A stretch of 63,473 bases of DNA, counting the filler, from Choristocarpus tenellus KU-1152 (taxonomy: Eukaryota > Protista > Phaeophyceae): NCBI GenBank assembly GCA_964200185.2. It is 7 parts of 7 records of this genome, joined end to end, with 100 filler letters (N's around TTAATTAATTAA, not from the genome) between each part and the next. Parts side by side here need not be neighbours in the genome. Positions count along the whole stretch, not along the records: positions 1 to 12,977 come from CAXNAD020001624.1; positions 13,078 to 31,380 come from CAXNAD020000564.1; 5 more parts are not named here. One strand, 5' to 3'. The first letter of the stretch is position 1. The number at the start of each line of letters is the position of its first letter. Made by a program: the position numbers and the translations under genes. Below, one piece after another: positions 1-13,360 of this stretch. The notes under the pieces were generated by a model, which did not search any database, had not been told where the DNA came from, and worked only from the letters and a program-made list of their open reading frames with translations.

Positions 1-40
1 CCAATGGACAGCCGCCACCCCCTCCCAGATACTTTGAGCC
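1..40. mobile_element. End of a type-A MITE (truncated by the window start)
   Basis: AATGGACA..CCCCCTCCCAGATACTTTGAGCC is the reverse complement of the GGCTCAAAGTATCTGGGG terminus seen at 12953 (GACTC variant at 10759). Confidence 0.8.
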
Positions 41-1795
41 TGAATTTTTCTAGGTTCCCTTCTCGCGATACTTCTTCTGAAGGAAATCCGGTTCTGATGG
101 ATGTTAAACGACTACGTTAAGTTAAGACTACGTGCCAAGTCGTATAAACTGTGAACCCCTGTTCTTCCCTCTCTTACACAGCAGTGTCGCTAGGAGATGT
201 AACCCAGGAAAGGAGATTACACCATACGGCGCCTTTCCTTAATCACTCTTGAAATTATATTGCGATATCTGAGAAGAACGACCCAAGCCAATCAAGAGGT
301 AGGCAGGGTTGCATTTCAAGTATCCCAATAAAGGGCAAAAGGACGCCGTTCTATACAATTGCAGAAAATCACTTGGCGAAAATGTGGTGTCATTTTTGTT
401 TATGGAAAGGGGGATTATCATTTTTCATTCACTATTGAGCACATATAGCAGTAAAATAAAGTGTATTGGTCAGGGTAAGAAAGATGACTTCTAATGCCAA
501 AGGGTCCAGGACCTCAAAAAATTGTGGTTGGTGCTGTGCGTTGGAATACTCATAGTGAATATAATTTGGTAAACAAAACGTAAGCTACGTGAAGGTGAGG
601 TGTGCAAAATGTTGTACTCGACCAGAAAGAAGATGATAAGGATGCCGTACAAAGGGAGGACTGGCACTTAATGAACGTTATTCTGGTTCATGCAGTACTG
701 CAAAATACCGGGAGCTCTAGCTATCACCATATGCTCTACAATAACAGGAAGCCATAGCAGTGATCCCAGCCACCAACCTATACTTCAAGTCTAGGATCCT
801 ACAACCTAATTCTAATATATTATGTGCAAACGTATACACAACATAAAAACAGAAAATTCCTTTCAAAAAGCCATCCAGCAACACACCACCTCTTCCGCCA
901 AAGTAGATGTCGTCGTTCTTCAAATCTGACTATTTAATCGATCTGTGTTACTAACTAAATGTTTTGAATCTGAAGAACATCATAGCTCATCCAAATTCCT
1001 GATGACGACTATCGAGCTCACCTCAGTCAATACGATCACATTTGTGGACAAAAATAAATTAATTTAGCTACAAAAATTAAATTGTATCCTCAAACAAGTC
1101 AGATACTCACATCCCTAGTGGTTATGGACCAACTACAACTTGACCTCCTGCCATTCTGTTCATATATGTAGTTCGAAAACATTCTTCAATAAAAGACAAA
1201 CACGGCAACTACCAAGGACACTAAACCCCAGTCCTTGTTATTGTACCTTTAAACACAGTTGAAGATTACTTCAATGCACAATTAAAACGTCACAAACTTC
1301 AGAACAAAAAAATACATCTAACTGCGATGGAGCCCGCAAGGATTTGGGGGTTTACGAGTACTGGCAGTGGTTGCAATTTTGTAGTGTGTACAAAAACAAA
1401 GTACAGCTTTGTTTCAAGAAGAACCACCTGTTCAATGTTCCAGTATCACAGCTCTGTCTCTTCTACCAAAACATTTTCATGATATACACACATACTAGTA
1501 GCACTAAGAATCAGCCCAAACAAAAACACTCTTGCAATTACAATAGTGTACCATATTTTTCCACTAACTGCATCTCCTGTGCACATGTTCCTTTACAGGG
1601 TTGTTGCGAGCACACTCCAAAGGAACCACTGAGCAAGGGGGCTCCTGTTCGGTTAGGGCTAGGGTTAGGTCCAGTTATAGCGACCAATTGCACAGATGCA
1701 CATCTATCCCCCTTCAATCTGCTCACATTTGCCGTCACTCGGACAATTTGGACTCCATGATAGCTACAAGAGAATGGTAATGAAAATTAACTTAA

Positions 1796-4700
1796 TCAGA
1801 CAACCCGGCCTATATGGGAGGAATTATATGCTAATTGCTGCCGCTCAGAGCGTGCCCTGGCAATTAAAAACTCCTCTGTGGTCATAAAGCGTTGTAGCAA
1901 ATTAGCCTCCAGCATATCGCAGACTTCTTTGTATGCTTCGACAAACACATCCCTGGTCAGATATTACGAGGAGATGGAGGCGGGGAAAGATAGTGGATTT
2001 GAACATGTGTTTAGAGCTGCATGCTTCAATAGCTGAATAGACGAGCAACAACCAAACCGAGGGGTCATCCAAAGACCAACCTCTGTCGTAAGGCAAGGTT
2101 CAACGGGTTAGACGTACCTTCTTTGTTGTGAGGATAAGCGTGCAAAATCACAGATCCCCCGGTCCAGAATCTGCAGTATCCTTTTTTTATCCTCGAAACT
2201 GCGGCAACAGGATCAGTATTTGAGGAACGAAGGAGCACTCAGTAGGTGCAAGGAATGCCAAAGAGGACTGAAACAAATTCGCTGGAGGATATTTCTCCAA
2301 TGCCACATAGTTACAGTCACAAATGCAAGAAACATATCGAAGTGCACTAGCTTCTTCTCAATATGGACACAGGGGATGTCAGAGTAGATTTCTTTGGTAC
2401 CGTGGAGCACTCAAGTGCTAGGGGAAGGACACGCTGCTCTGTAACAAATGTTATCTGCTTCAGAGCTCCCAGAAAGGTATAGTAATACTTGCAAGGACTC
2501 AGCAGCACAAAAGTCGGCGGTAACCAGCAGTAAATAATTTTGGAGGAAGCTAGGGTGTCGAGTGAACCCCTTTGATTTGGACCGAGACTGAATGGGGTTG
2601 GAAGAAGTCGACATGTCCTGGAGGGTGCACTATTTACGGCCAGCAAAGCTCCTGCTAACATTTTCTATGGTTCTCCACGCATAGGCTCAGGAAAGCAAAT
2701 ACGAGAATGGTGCAGTCTGCGTAACGGTATGAATGCACCTAAAAAACTGATGGCGGTATGACGTGTATAGCATTTGACTTGTTCTTTCAAAGGTACGCTT
2801 TGTTACCGCTGTTCTGCCCTGACCACACCCCAATATTCGAATAGCAACAATCTCAAAATTAGCACCAAAATCGGCAGGCCACCAAGAAAGGGCTATGTTC
2901 AGTTCCCTACATGGGCTACGTCTGTATTTATAGCCTCCTCGTCCCTCCCTCACCTGATGTTGACCTCTTCTGGGGACCCACTACATATGTAGGTCCTAAC
3001 GATGAAAGAGAAAGTTTCAAACTGAAACCACATCCCTTGATCGCTTTCATTGGTGAAATTGCCGTCCTCGTACCTGCATGAAAAACAAGACAGAATATAA
3101 ACTATTTTTTTTCCAGGCATAGGCTACCTATGGGAAAGGATTCAGGAGACAAGACTCACCTCAGCTTCAGTCGCAGATTCAGTACTCTTACCAGTGTTAA
3201 AAACTTTCACGTTGTGAATCATGAACAAAAATCGTTACAAAGTAAGATGTTACAGTGATAAAGATTTCTCCAAAATATAGATATTATTACCATATATTTG
3301 CAACTTATGCTGTCAGGTGTACATCACAAATTGTGATTGGGGAACTTTGACACTTACTGGTGAGAAACGTTTCCACAACGAGTGGGTTTTGAACCCCTCA
3401 CACAAAGCGGACAACTCTTAAACCATCAGAAATAAATGGTGTATAGAATGAGTAGGATCAGTGCACATGCAAATCAGACCTGGAAACGTGTGTCAGGAAC
3501 TGAACGGATTCCTGACACAGAGCCTTGCGAGCGTAATCTTCAAATGCAGGAGCCAGGGTCGGTGATGACGCAAGTCGTTCATAGGTCCAAATTTCGTTAT
3601 CCGGAGCTGATGTAGCAGGGTAGCCCACACCAATGATGACATCATCTTCAAACTCCATGGCCTCCCTACTATCACTCTGACTAGTGATGGATGGATCATT
3701 TGAGTATCTGTATTCACATGGTGCGGTAGAGGGTTAATGAATTCAGAATAAACAATATTCCCGGACCCTATGGGGACGAAACTCGAAGAAACGAAAAAGG
3801 CAATGAAGAAGCGAGGCCAAAGAAATCGAAATAGTACAACTTAGAGGACCTAATGTAATATCTCGAAAGGGAAGCGGGATGGGACTCTATGACAAAAAGC
3901 TACATTTGATCTCATATTGCTAGCGTAACATACTGCTCCCTTTATAACACCAAGGTTTGGTGCATAGGCATACGGGCAATCATAAGAGAAAAATTACAGG
4001 TCTAAGGCAATGAAATACCTAGAGCGTAAATGTAAGGGGGTTAGGTTACAAACCTTGTCCTTGACTCATTTTGGTCGGCAAACAGAAATTTCTGCGAGAG
4101 ACTTTATTGATCGTACTTCTGGCACACTACAGAACGTTAATGTTTTCCCTTGTACTATCGTACTGTCTGCTGACTTGCATTGTTTCAATAACGAAAATTA
4201 ATGGTCATGCCCATTTTTCTAGGGGTTGGGCATAAACAGCCAGGAATTGTTAAACTGGATTTGCATTCATACCCCGTATAGGCTTGTGGATTGCTTCAAG
4301 GGGTCATGAGTAGCATAGGGGATGAAAAGAATAAGGCAAATGCTGCAACAATTTCAGTCAGCCCAAAGATTGAAAATCTCAGCACAACAAAGATTTTCTA
4401 GTATCAGTTCTAGTTCCTAAAGTATTTCTTACCATAGAGGCAAGCTCAAGTTTCCTCCTTCTACCTCATTTCCAACCTTCTTTCGCACATTTGCACATGG
4501 TTTTTCCTTATTCTGTGCTTCGCTGCAAGAAAGTTTATTGAAATCAAACCTCACGATATGTTCCTCACTACCAATCTAGTTCAATACCAAAAGTAAGGAG
4601 AGTGGGAACATCGTCCAAAAATCAAGAAAAAAAAGAATGAGTGTCTCATTGAGGTCACAGGATGCTTTGGCCCTGCACCGACACATAATTCAGAACTTAC

Positions 4701-7700
4701 TGCAAAAGGAGAGGTGGGGCAATAAAGGTGGCAGGTAATAAATTCATCAACCCCTTCCACATTGAAAACCAGATCGAAGAGCGTTTCCTTCGCTGTGTAC
4801 AAGATATTGCAGTTTTTGTGCAAAAGAAAAACGCTCATTGGGCGTCGAACCATTGTGTTCTAATGAGGAAATAATCATGACATGTACCAAACTGACCTAC
4901 CAAGCCCTCTCAGCAAACTCCACTCTTCGGGGAAGAAAGCAGTTGCTACAATAACACTGCCAGAGCAGAAACAACAGACACTTCTCAACTTTGAGTGGTG
5001 TGCCCTCACCTCTCATCTCTTATGTGATACTGCACACCAGGTGGCAAGGGTGGCCTGTGGCTGTTTGGACCTTGGTGTGAGCGACTTTGGACCATTGCTT
5101 TTTCCCTCATCTTCTCTGCATAGAGTCTCTTTGAAGACAACGGGTCAAATGCCAGCCGCCACATAGGCTCTACAACACTGATGGAGACATAAATACGCAT
5201 ATCAATGATATCACCAATGCAAATAGGGAGTGAGGAGGAGCAAAAAATAGAGGAGGTGGAGTATATAATCACCATAGACCAGCAGGGATGGGTGGCACTT
5301 GCCAAAGACATCTGCATTCCTTAAACTACTACTTTTCAAATGAATCGTAGATTGTTGTTACTGCGGCTTTGATTCTTTTACTGAAGGGTCAAAACTCTGA
5401 GGTGGCGGGGCGCACATGGCGGTGACTGTGAATGTTACAAGGGTCTTTATTGCCACAACGCAGAGTTTTTATTCTATATCTGCCAAGAAAGAAAGGGGGT
5501 ATTCAATTCGAGAAGCGCTCATTTAGGGCATCATCAAGAAAGCTAAGCATCATAGGAGCTATGTATCCTTCTCACAAAGTAAATGTGAACAGTGGAGTTG
5601 GTCTCATGAAAATAGGTCCTACTATTGTTCTAACTTTTCCCATTCGTATTTCCTACATATTTTAGTTCACAGGGAGACATAAATGTGCACACAAGCACAT
5701 GCATTTTGTCCTTGTCGAATATTGGTATATCTGCAAATTCACAGAGATGTCAGTAACATATCTTCAAACGATTTTTTTCTTCCTACCTTTATACACCAAT
5801 CATCATCGGATGCTTTTTCAGTGACGAAAGGGAAACGAGACCATTCCTACCCTCGTGACAACACACCACTTGTTCTTTTTTGCATCGAATTTGAGATAAA
5901 AGTCAATGAGTGGCGTTTCAGAGAGATATGTCAGATGTAACCTTCAGTTTTCTACATCGTTTTTTTTGTCATTCCTTGTTCTTCAGTTTTGTAACTTGTC
6001 TAATCTTTAATATTTCTCCCATTAAATGTCTTAGTGCTTGATGACGGATCTGGGACCCCTCATACTAATGTAAAACAATTAGCGACACCACAAAGAATCA
6101 CAAGTAGATATAGGTCTGCTTCCAGCGCCAAGTCATTGGTTACATTACTGCTCAGCTGCTCCAAGACAATATCTTCATACAGAACACATAAGGGTGCCAG
6201 GGGTGGGGAAAGGGTGATTGGCAGGTCGGTGATGGAATGTGTTGACCTAAAATCTCTACTCCAAAGTTGTTTTTTCTTCGAATGCTGTTTTGAAGGACTG
6301 GGACCTTAAAGAGGTGTACATGTTAATCGAAGGTTTCAATGACATGACGTTTCGTTGATTGAGGTGAGCAGGACAGAAACAAGTGAGGTTTATATCTCGT
6401 GATCAAATTACTATCCATCCCAATTTACACATTATATGCTACTTCGGAATCACACGATAAAATCATCCTTCGAAACTCGACCCTCACGCTGAGTCTAACC
6501 TCTCCAAACGAACTACAGGCATAAATCAACTCCAGAGTAATTTGGTGCGGAGGTGTGAAGGTTACTGGTCACAATGCGGGAAAGAAGGCGAAAGAAAATC
6601 AATAGCCTGTAAAGACCAAGCCATACCCACCAAAAATATATATTAATGAAGATTTGTGGAAGCAATCGAACGTCTAATTCCTTGTACGAAAAGTTCAAGC
6701 ACATACAGCACTCCTTCAAATGGGGCAGAGGATGAATTGCCGCCAAAAGACTCACCTCACTAAGAATACTATGTTGGGCACTATGGAGTTAAGGTTCATC
6801 TCGACATCATGCGCAACCGTACCTTTTTTGTACATCTTCAGCAGCCTACTGGTAACTTGGGCACAGAGAGGATGTCGAGGATATAGCAAGGGCCAATGGG
6901 ACACAAGGACAAGGGGGGGGGGATTAGAGTGACAAGCCCTCACCAGAAGAAGAATAATAGCATAAGGGGAAGGCAATACCAGAACGCAATGAAATCAGAC
7001 AGTAGAAATTAGGAAGGGAAAACAAGATAATAATTTGCCACATTTCACCAACGGCATTCTAGGAAGTTCATACTTTAGCTGAGCTCTGCGCATTGGAGAC
7101 CTGGGAAGAGAAAGATAAAAATATTTCATTGACTACAGAACAGTAGTAGTCGTATCATACACTGCTCACCTGCCAAACTCAGCAACGAGAACATTACCAC
7201 CACCAGTTCCCGTCTGATGCAAAACACATCATCGACATTCCTGTGGATGAAGATCCGGTTAAGTTTGTGTCATGTCCACATAGAGCTCAGAGAAAGAGGT
7301 AAGGGAGGGGTTGGAGGGTGGAGGAAGGGGGAGAGGTTGACAGGAGGTTGAACGCTTTGACCCTGGCATCCATCTCTGGACACACCAATGTTCAAATATC
7401 TCAAGAGAAAGAACATCCTTCCCCGTCATCGTCTCCATTGTAAACTATGAAGGGAGTGGGATGAGTTACCGCAGTCTCTGTCCTGTAGTAGTTGCATGGT
7501 GCACGGTTCTGCTAACCGACTCTTCCTCTTCATCCTCACATTCCGACTCAACTTCGACCCCACCATCTTGAACTTTTGTTGAAGGAGTCCTCTCTATTAT
7601 TCTTACATGTATACAGCTACGTATATATATTTATGTCAATGCGCATATTAATGTGGCGGAAATGCTTGAATTGTCAAATCCATACTTAGCCGCGGATTGG

Positions 7701-10700
7701 CTGGGATACTATTATATTCTGTTGAGTCCGTAGAGAGAGATGTTGAATGTGAAAGCGACGTAGACGCTGCACCTCATCATGTACACGATCAGGCAAGTGC
7801 AAATCACTCACGATGGTAGTGAGAGACAAATGTTAACCTACTGGAACGTGAGAAGAGAAGACAAAATTGGATGTGCAAAAAATAAATCAAGAGAAATTGG
7901 CCTACGGCAACTAATCTCTCCATCAATAGGCGCTTTCCACTCAAAGCGTGTACTGCAAATGGGTTGTGGAGTATTTTTTTGAAGTCTCACAAAAAATACC
8001 TTGTCGCCTTTTGCTTCACACTGACCTGATAAAAGGGTATAGGGCAGCAAGAAGGATTGCGTAGCCCAGAGAAACGTTTTCCAATATCCGAGTTTCCTTC
8101 TTGACACTCTCCCTAAGTTGATATCGGTAAGTCAAAACAAAAAATAGATCAAGTCAACAATGGTAGACGTAGTGGAGGAAGGGGAGGGAGGGAGAGAGGA
8201 ATGTACGCTCAAAGCAGTAGGGGTCTGTTCTCTTCAATATTTCTGTCATTTTGGGGGTTGAAGTTGGGATAGCATGTAGGCTTGATTCTGTGATACTATA
8301 CCAGGTATGGTATTGATAGAAACATCGAAATTGCGTCGTATTTTCTTGGAGTCATACGGTTGGTACAGCCAGGGAGGCAGGAGAGAAGTATATAGGGAAT
8401 GCCTAGTTAATTATTTAAGGTTCATAAGAAGTTAAACTTATCGAGCATTCCCAAATGAAAGGTTACTTCTTTTCTTTACGCGCCCTGGGTCAAGAATATT
8501 ATTTTAAGCGTTTAAATTTCAACATGTGACACGTGAGTTTCGGGAGCCCTTTGGACAAGTTGAAATGCACTTCGTAACAAGTAGATAGGGGAGTTTTCTT
8601 GATTGCATATTAAATATTGGACGACTCTTGCAGAGCCCTGCGCTAGAAGAGGGTATGGTTTGGAAATACTCGCAAAACGCGTGTGATGTGAAAGAGATAA
8701 AAAAAGATTTTCCTGTGTTTTGATCGGAAAGAGCTTGAATTAATGTGAGTTGATGAACTCGAACACCAGATTTATAGTTTGTGTTTAATGGTGTAAGGCA
8801 CGCACAAAATGATAAGAGTCCACTGTAGTACAACACACTGGCTGCTTCGGAGAGGTGTATATACAGTAAGAGAGCACCGATTGCCATCCATGTAACATCT
8901 ACTTCAGAGCATTGCTGTGATAGACATAACATAATATACACTCTAAGAATATATATATCCAACAATTCCTTCATTGAACAAAACTTAAAATGAGCGATTA
9001 CACACTCAATTCAAGTGGGCTATCTTTTTACACACTACTTGGAAGAAAACAATAGATCCATGTACAAGATTTAAAATGACCTGTAATATGTTGCAAAACG
9101 CAATGCTAGAGACAGACTCCAAGACGCACCAGACTTCCATCACATGGTCATCGTACACAGGAACCATCGCAAAGCACACACCCGTAAACAGCAGAAACAA
9201 GATGTGATTCCGCTCCTGTGTGGCAACGAGGGGGGAGAGTGAGAGGTGATTTGAAAGGATAAGAAAGAATTAGCTCGCAATCTGAAGATGAGCATGATAG
9301 CTGTTGCCACATATGTACATAACCTGCCACGGCACGCAACGTTTTTGACCAAAAATATGCCATACCTCAATAGCAACTTCTTGTGATTACCTGCTTCTAC
9401 TCTGTGGCATCCTTGCTTGAAGGCAGGAACCCTAGATAAGAAGAGTGGGTACGTGTTTCCGTAAAAGTGTGAAGTGCATACGAGGACAGTGGAAACACTT
9501 CAAAACAACGACCTCCAATTCACTGTACGGTAGTGTAGCCGTCCTTGCCTGTGGCAAAATCTTGTCTCCAATTTTTCACCTGTTTAAGCCCAAGCCTGAC
9601 CTTTTGTATGTATCCAGGTTAGCAGGATATGGGAAAGCTCTCATGCGCAAGAAAAGTTCAACACAAGATTCACATAGGATTTTCTAAAGTATCGCCAGCC
9701 CTGTTCTTTAGATGATCGACTTTCATGCCTCCACAATGTGTGATATCTAGAGTACTGTGAAGCTATATCTATATCGCTATGAAGCAGCATCAAAAATAAA
9801 TCTATGAATACATCAAAAGAAGCTCGAATTTGACACACACACACACACACACACACATGAGGTTAAGGGGGAAGAAATTATACAAAGCATGCTACAAAAG
9901 TTGGTGGCAACAATTGTACGACTCAATTCCAGACTATTCCTTGTTTAGGCTTTTTTAGATTGTGAACAAAACAGGTCGAATTGCAACATCACTTCAAGGC
10001 AAGAATGGATACAGTACGATTTCCATGTCCTAGATACAGCCCTGGTCTTTTTCTGGTCAATTTGTTGTTACATTTTCAGATATCCCGATTGCATGTCGCC
10101 TCTCCGAAGGACGATTCGATAGCCTCCCATCCGCCATACAACAGTGGAGATAGTAACTATACTCCACCCCAAAATGCTACACCAGGGTCACTGCCAAGAC
10201 GTTCCTTCTAGAATCACTCACAGTCACCTGCAACAGATCAACTATATTGATATATCCTTGGTGAATAGCTTCAGTAGGGAACGGGACATGGTGGGTCTAT
10301 ATTGTATCATTACAACTACCCCCTCCCTCTCCATCTCTACTACGATAGATGGTAGTTACTTCTAGTACTGACCTAGCTCGCTCTAGACATGCCTGTTTTT
10401 GTCTGCTCTCCTGGTCATTTTCTCCAGCACTGCAGGAAAAAGTAATTTGCTTCTTCATTTACAAAAAAAATACAGTGCGCCAGACTGCTGCTACAAGTGT
10501 CTGGAGAAGAGAAAGAAGACGAATTGAAGTGCCATTTACTAACCGGAATGAGCCAAGGAAGAGCATGCTTGGCCTTGGGATTGAAGACCACCGCTAACCG
10601 CACAGCACGCGAGATGAAACAACCGGAATATATCGGTAAGGTAAAGAAATGAACCTGTACCGACCACAAATTGCACAAAAAATGCAGAGCATAGGACGCA

Positions 10701-12389
10701 ACACAGGAGGACCATGTCAGGGGATGGAGGGATCATGATTCAGCTTTCTCAGATATTTGACTCAAAGTATCTGGGGGGGGGTGTCGGCTGTCCATTTGGG
10801 GCCCATTTTTCCATGTCGCGATTTTTGGGTCATTTGGTTGTGCATGCATCAGATGGATCATGCAAGTACACTTCTCCTGGTCAGGGTCCGAATGGACACC
10901 CTGGTGTAGACTCACCTCCCCCCCCCCAGATATTTGGAGCCATTTCCCGTTATTCGAACCCTGACATTGATATCATCCATTTCCAATTTTATCAGTCAAG
11001 CCAGGGTTAACATGAGCAGAGGTTTCGTTCAGAGTAAATGTGTACAAGCAGTTGAGACTGCTCTAGCAAAGACTTTATCGCCCTGATCGCCATAATGATC
11101 GTATCACATTGAGAAGGAAAACTTCAACACCATTATTTATCTCGGTGAGAAATACACAATCAAGCTGCCCTATACCTGTAGCAGTACCCACTCATTGGAC
11201 TCTATTACATAGTAATATACGTAATCTCAGATATTTATCTACTGTTGACGTATTTCCACTTCAATGCCACAACATTTGGTCAACTACACCCTATTTTGAT
11301 ATGAAGCAGTATTTAACAGGTCAGACCTTCCACAAACTTAGAACATGGTTGAGTTTTGACAAACTCTACAACCTGGGACACACCTAACCATTGATACTTC
11401 CTCTCTAGTTCAAATGTAGTAGTCCAACTCCAGGTACATAACAACCATATGCCACAGGTTATGCTCTATATCTTCATATGTATCAATCGATCTCCTAACC
11501 AGCAGTACTCTGGCCACTCCTGTTAAAATATTCATAATAGACAACGGCGAACTGATGCCTCCTTATCGGACAACAATTATAGAGGTAGGGGTTAAGAGTC
11601 GCAGAATAAACAAAAAATCGAGGGAAATGCCATTCTACACAGCAATAACAAGGCGGGCCAGGACAGAGAATTGACGACTCCACAACAAACATGTCAAAAA
11701 TTAAAATCGAAAAAAGGGTGAAAAACGGACGCCGACACCCCTCCCACAAACTTTGACCCTCACATCAATCCCGTCTCTCTTATTTTGTCGTTTTGAAAGG
11801 AATGGTAGTAGGTAGTTTCTGCTGTCTTGAGTCGACCCTTGTTTGGGAAACGGATAAGCCTGTCATCTGTCATGCATATGCTTTTTGCTGGGGACAGCAT
11901 TGACATTGATATGTACATCTTGAACGCAACAATCTCTACAAGGGTCCTCTAACCTCAGGTCCCCAACGCTGTAGTGTATGACTGGTGGTACTCTGACCCT
12001 GAACTGAAAAGCACCCCAGGATCGCATTTTTTTACGATACCATACGCGCTGTTTCCAATGTTGAAAATATGAGGATCTTTACAGATAGCTCAACACCCTG
12101 CACCTCGTAACTCTTACAAAAAACAGATAAAATCTTCAGCAAATAGTCGGGCCCACAATTCACGCCCCTAACCTCAAGCTCAAGACTTCATGTTGTGATG
12201 TTTTAATGTATGAGAACGATAGTTGTAGAAACGGTATGTCCTGTCTCCCCCTTCCCTCTCCAGAGCCTCACCAAGCTGGACCAGAACCAGCGAAAGGAAG
12301 AATTCCACAAAACATTCGTTGCAGAGTTCAACCCGACCAAGAAGCTCATGAGGACCGCAGTTCCTGTGAGCAATACCAAGCCAGCAGAC
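1796..12389 (-). CDS. 7TM-RGS protein (seven-transmembrane regulator of G-protein signalling), 5' end not resolved
   Basis: Phase-consistent GT-AG exons: 12272-12389, 10544-10654, 9130-9215, 8026-8112, 7170-7240, 6756-6855, 5010-5177, 4433-4522 (optional, frame-neutral), 3480-3680, 2954-3073, 2118-2198, 1796-1952 (TGA at 1796-1798). Six hydrophobic helices are seen, with the loop motif YPFIRNVDDVFCIRREL. They are followed by RGS-box motifs AFEDYARKALCQESVQFL, IVRTYICSGSPEEVNIS and VFVEAYKEVCDMLEANLLQRF. Confidence 0.9.
10759..10941. mobile_element. Complete 183-bp MITE (type A) in an intron of the 7TM-RGS gene
   Basis: Imperfect TIRs GACTCAAAGTATCTGGGGGGG / CCCCCCCAGATATTTGGAGCC. The internal sequence is shared with the copies at 35134 and 43253. 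Confidence 0.85.
11680..11759. mobile_element. Partial type-B MITE, reverse orientation
   Basis: AAAATCGAAAAAAGGGTGAAAAACGGACGCCGACACCC..AACTTTGACCC matches the reverse complement of the left arm of 58079-58263. Confidence 0.7.
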
Positions 12390-12952
12390 CTGACCCAGGT
12401 CGTCATCAGTTACCACAAGCTGTGCGTCATTAGTCACCAGTCACAACTATAGAAAAATGATATTTCCATATACAGTTGCTATACTAGGATGTACGGCAAT
12501 TTGTGCTGTTGGGCATTATCACTAGAATATCAGGTTTATATATCTCATCTAATGACCAAGCCCATTCAGAGTTTGTAGATGTTGCGGACAGAATAAAAAA
12601 TGTAGGTGTCTGTATGGCAAAGAGTAGAACTAAATAATTATTGCGTCAGGAGTTAAAAGGTCTGGGTGGTATACATTGGGTTGGCTACAACCTTTCACTG
12701 CACTCTATTAAAATAAAATGTGTGTGGAGCACACGAATCAAGATCCATGAAGCGCCAAGCGTCACAAAGTACGTTCAGGAATGCTCACCACGTATAAACA
12801 CCAGAAAATAACCAATCGAACCAACTCCTAAATTTTCGTCTATCGAATGTTCTCAATTTTATTGAATCACATTATCGTGACTGAATAGTATCATGAATAA
12901 CACTGACACTAAGTGAAAATATGTCGATGTTGGAATTCAAGTATACATACGA

Positions 12953-12977
12953 GGCTCAAAGTATCTGGGGGGGGGGT
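12953..12977. mobile_element. MITE terminus running into the contig end
   Basis: GGCTCAAAGTATCTGGGGGGGGGG followed by the N linker. Confidence 0.75.
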
Positions 12978-13077
12978 NNNNNNNNNNNNNNNNNNNNNNN
13001 NNNNNNNNNNNNNNNNNNNNNTTAATTAATTAANNNNNNNNNNNNNNNNNNNNNNNNNNNNNNNNNNNNNNNNNNNN
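12978..13077. other. Artificial contig linker
   Basis: 44 N + TTAATTAATTAA (stop in all six frames) + 44 N. Confidence 0.97.
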
Positions 13078-13360
13078 GGGGGGGGGAAAAGGGGGGGGGG
13101 GGGGGGGGGGGGGGGGGGGAGGGGCAAGCTCGTATGTTGAAATGAGAGGGGAAGGGAGGGGCAAGGTTCGGCTACAACTGATTAATTTGAAGACTTAACA
13201 AAAAAAATATGTACAGTGGGATGAGAAGAAAACAACATTCTAAAATGAAGCGCAAAAGATTGCAGAGCGATAGCAATGCTATGGTGTTTTAATCTCATCC
13301 CGCAAAAGCAAGCATATCCAAACAAAAAGAAAGTAGAACCATTTCAAGCAAAGTGCCCAC

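Noticed and set aside
12210-12452. Plus-strand exon-like ORF SLTKLDQNQRKEEF..
   Set aside because: The opposite strand encodes the phase-compatible TM exon of the 7TM-RGS gene.
13022-13033. Recurrent TTAATTAATTAA as a biological motif (for example a piggyBac TTAA site)
   Set aside because: It is always centred in N44/N44 padding, so it is an artificial six-frame-stop linker.
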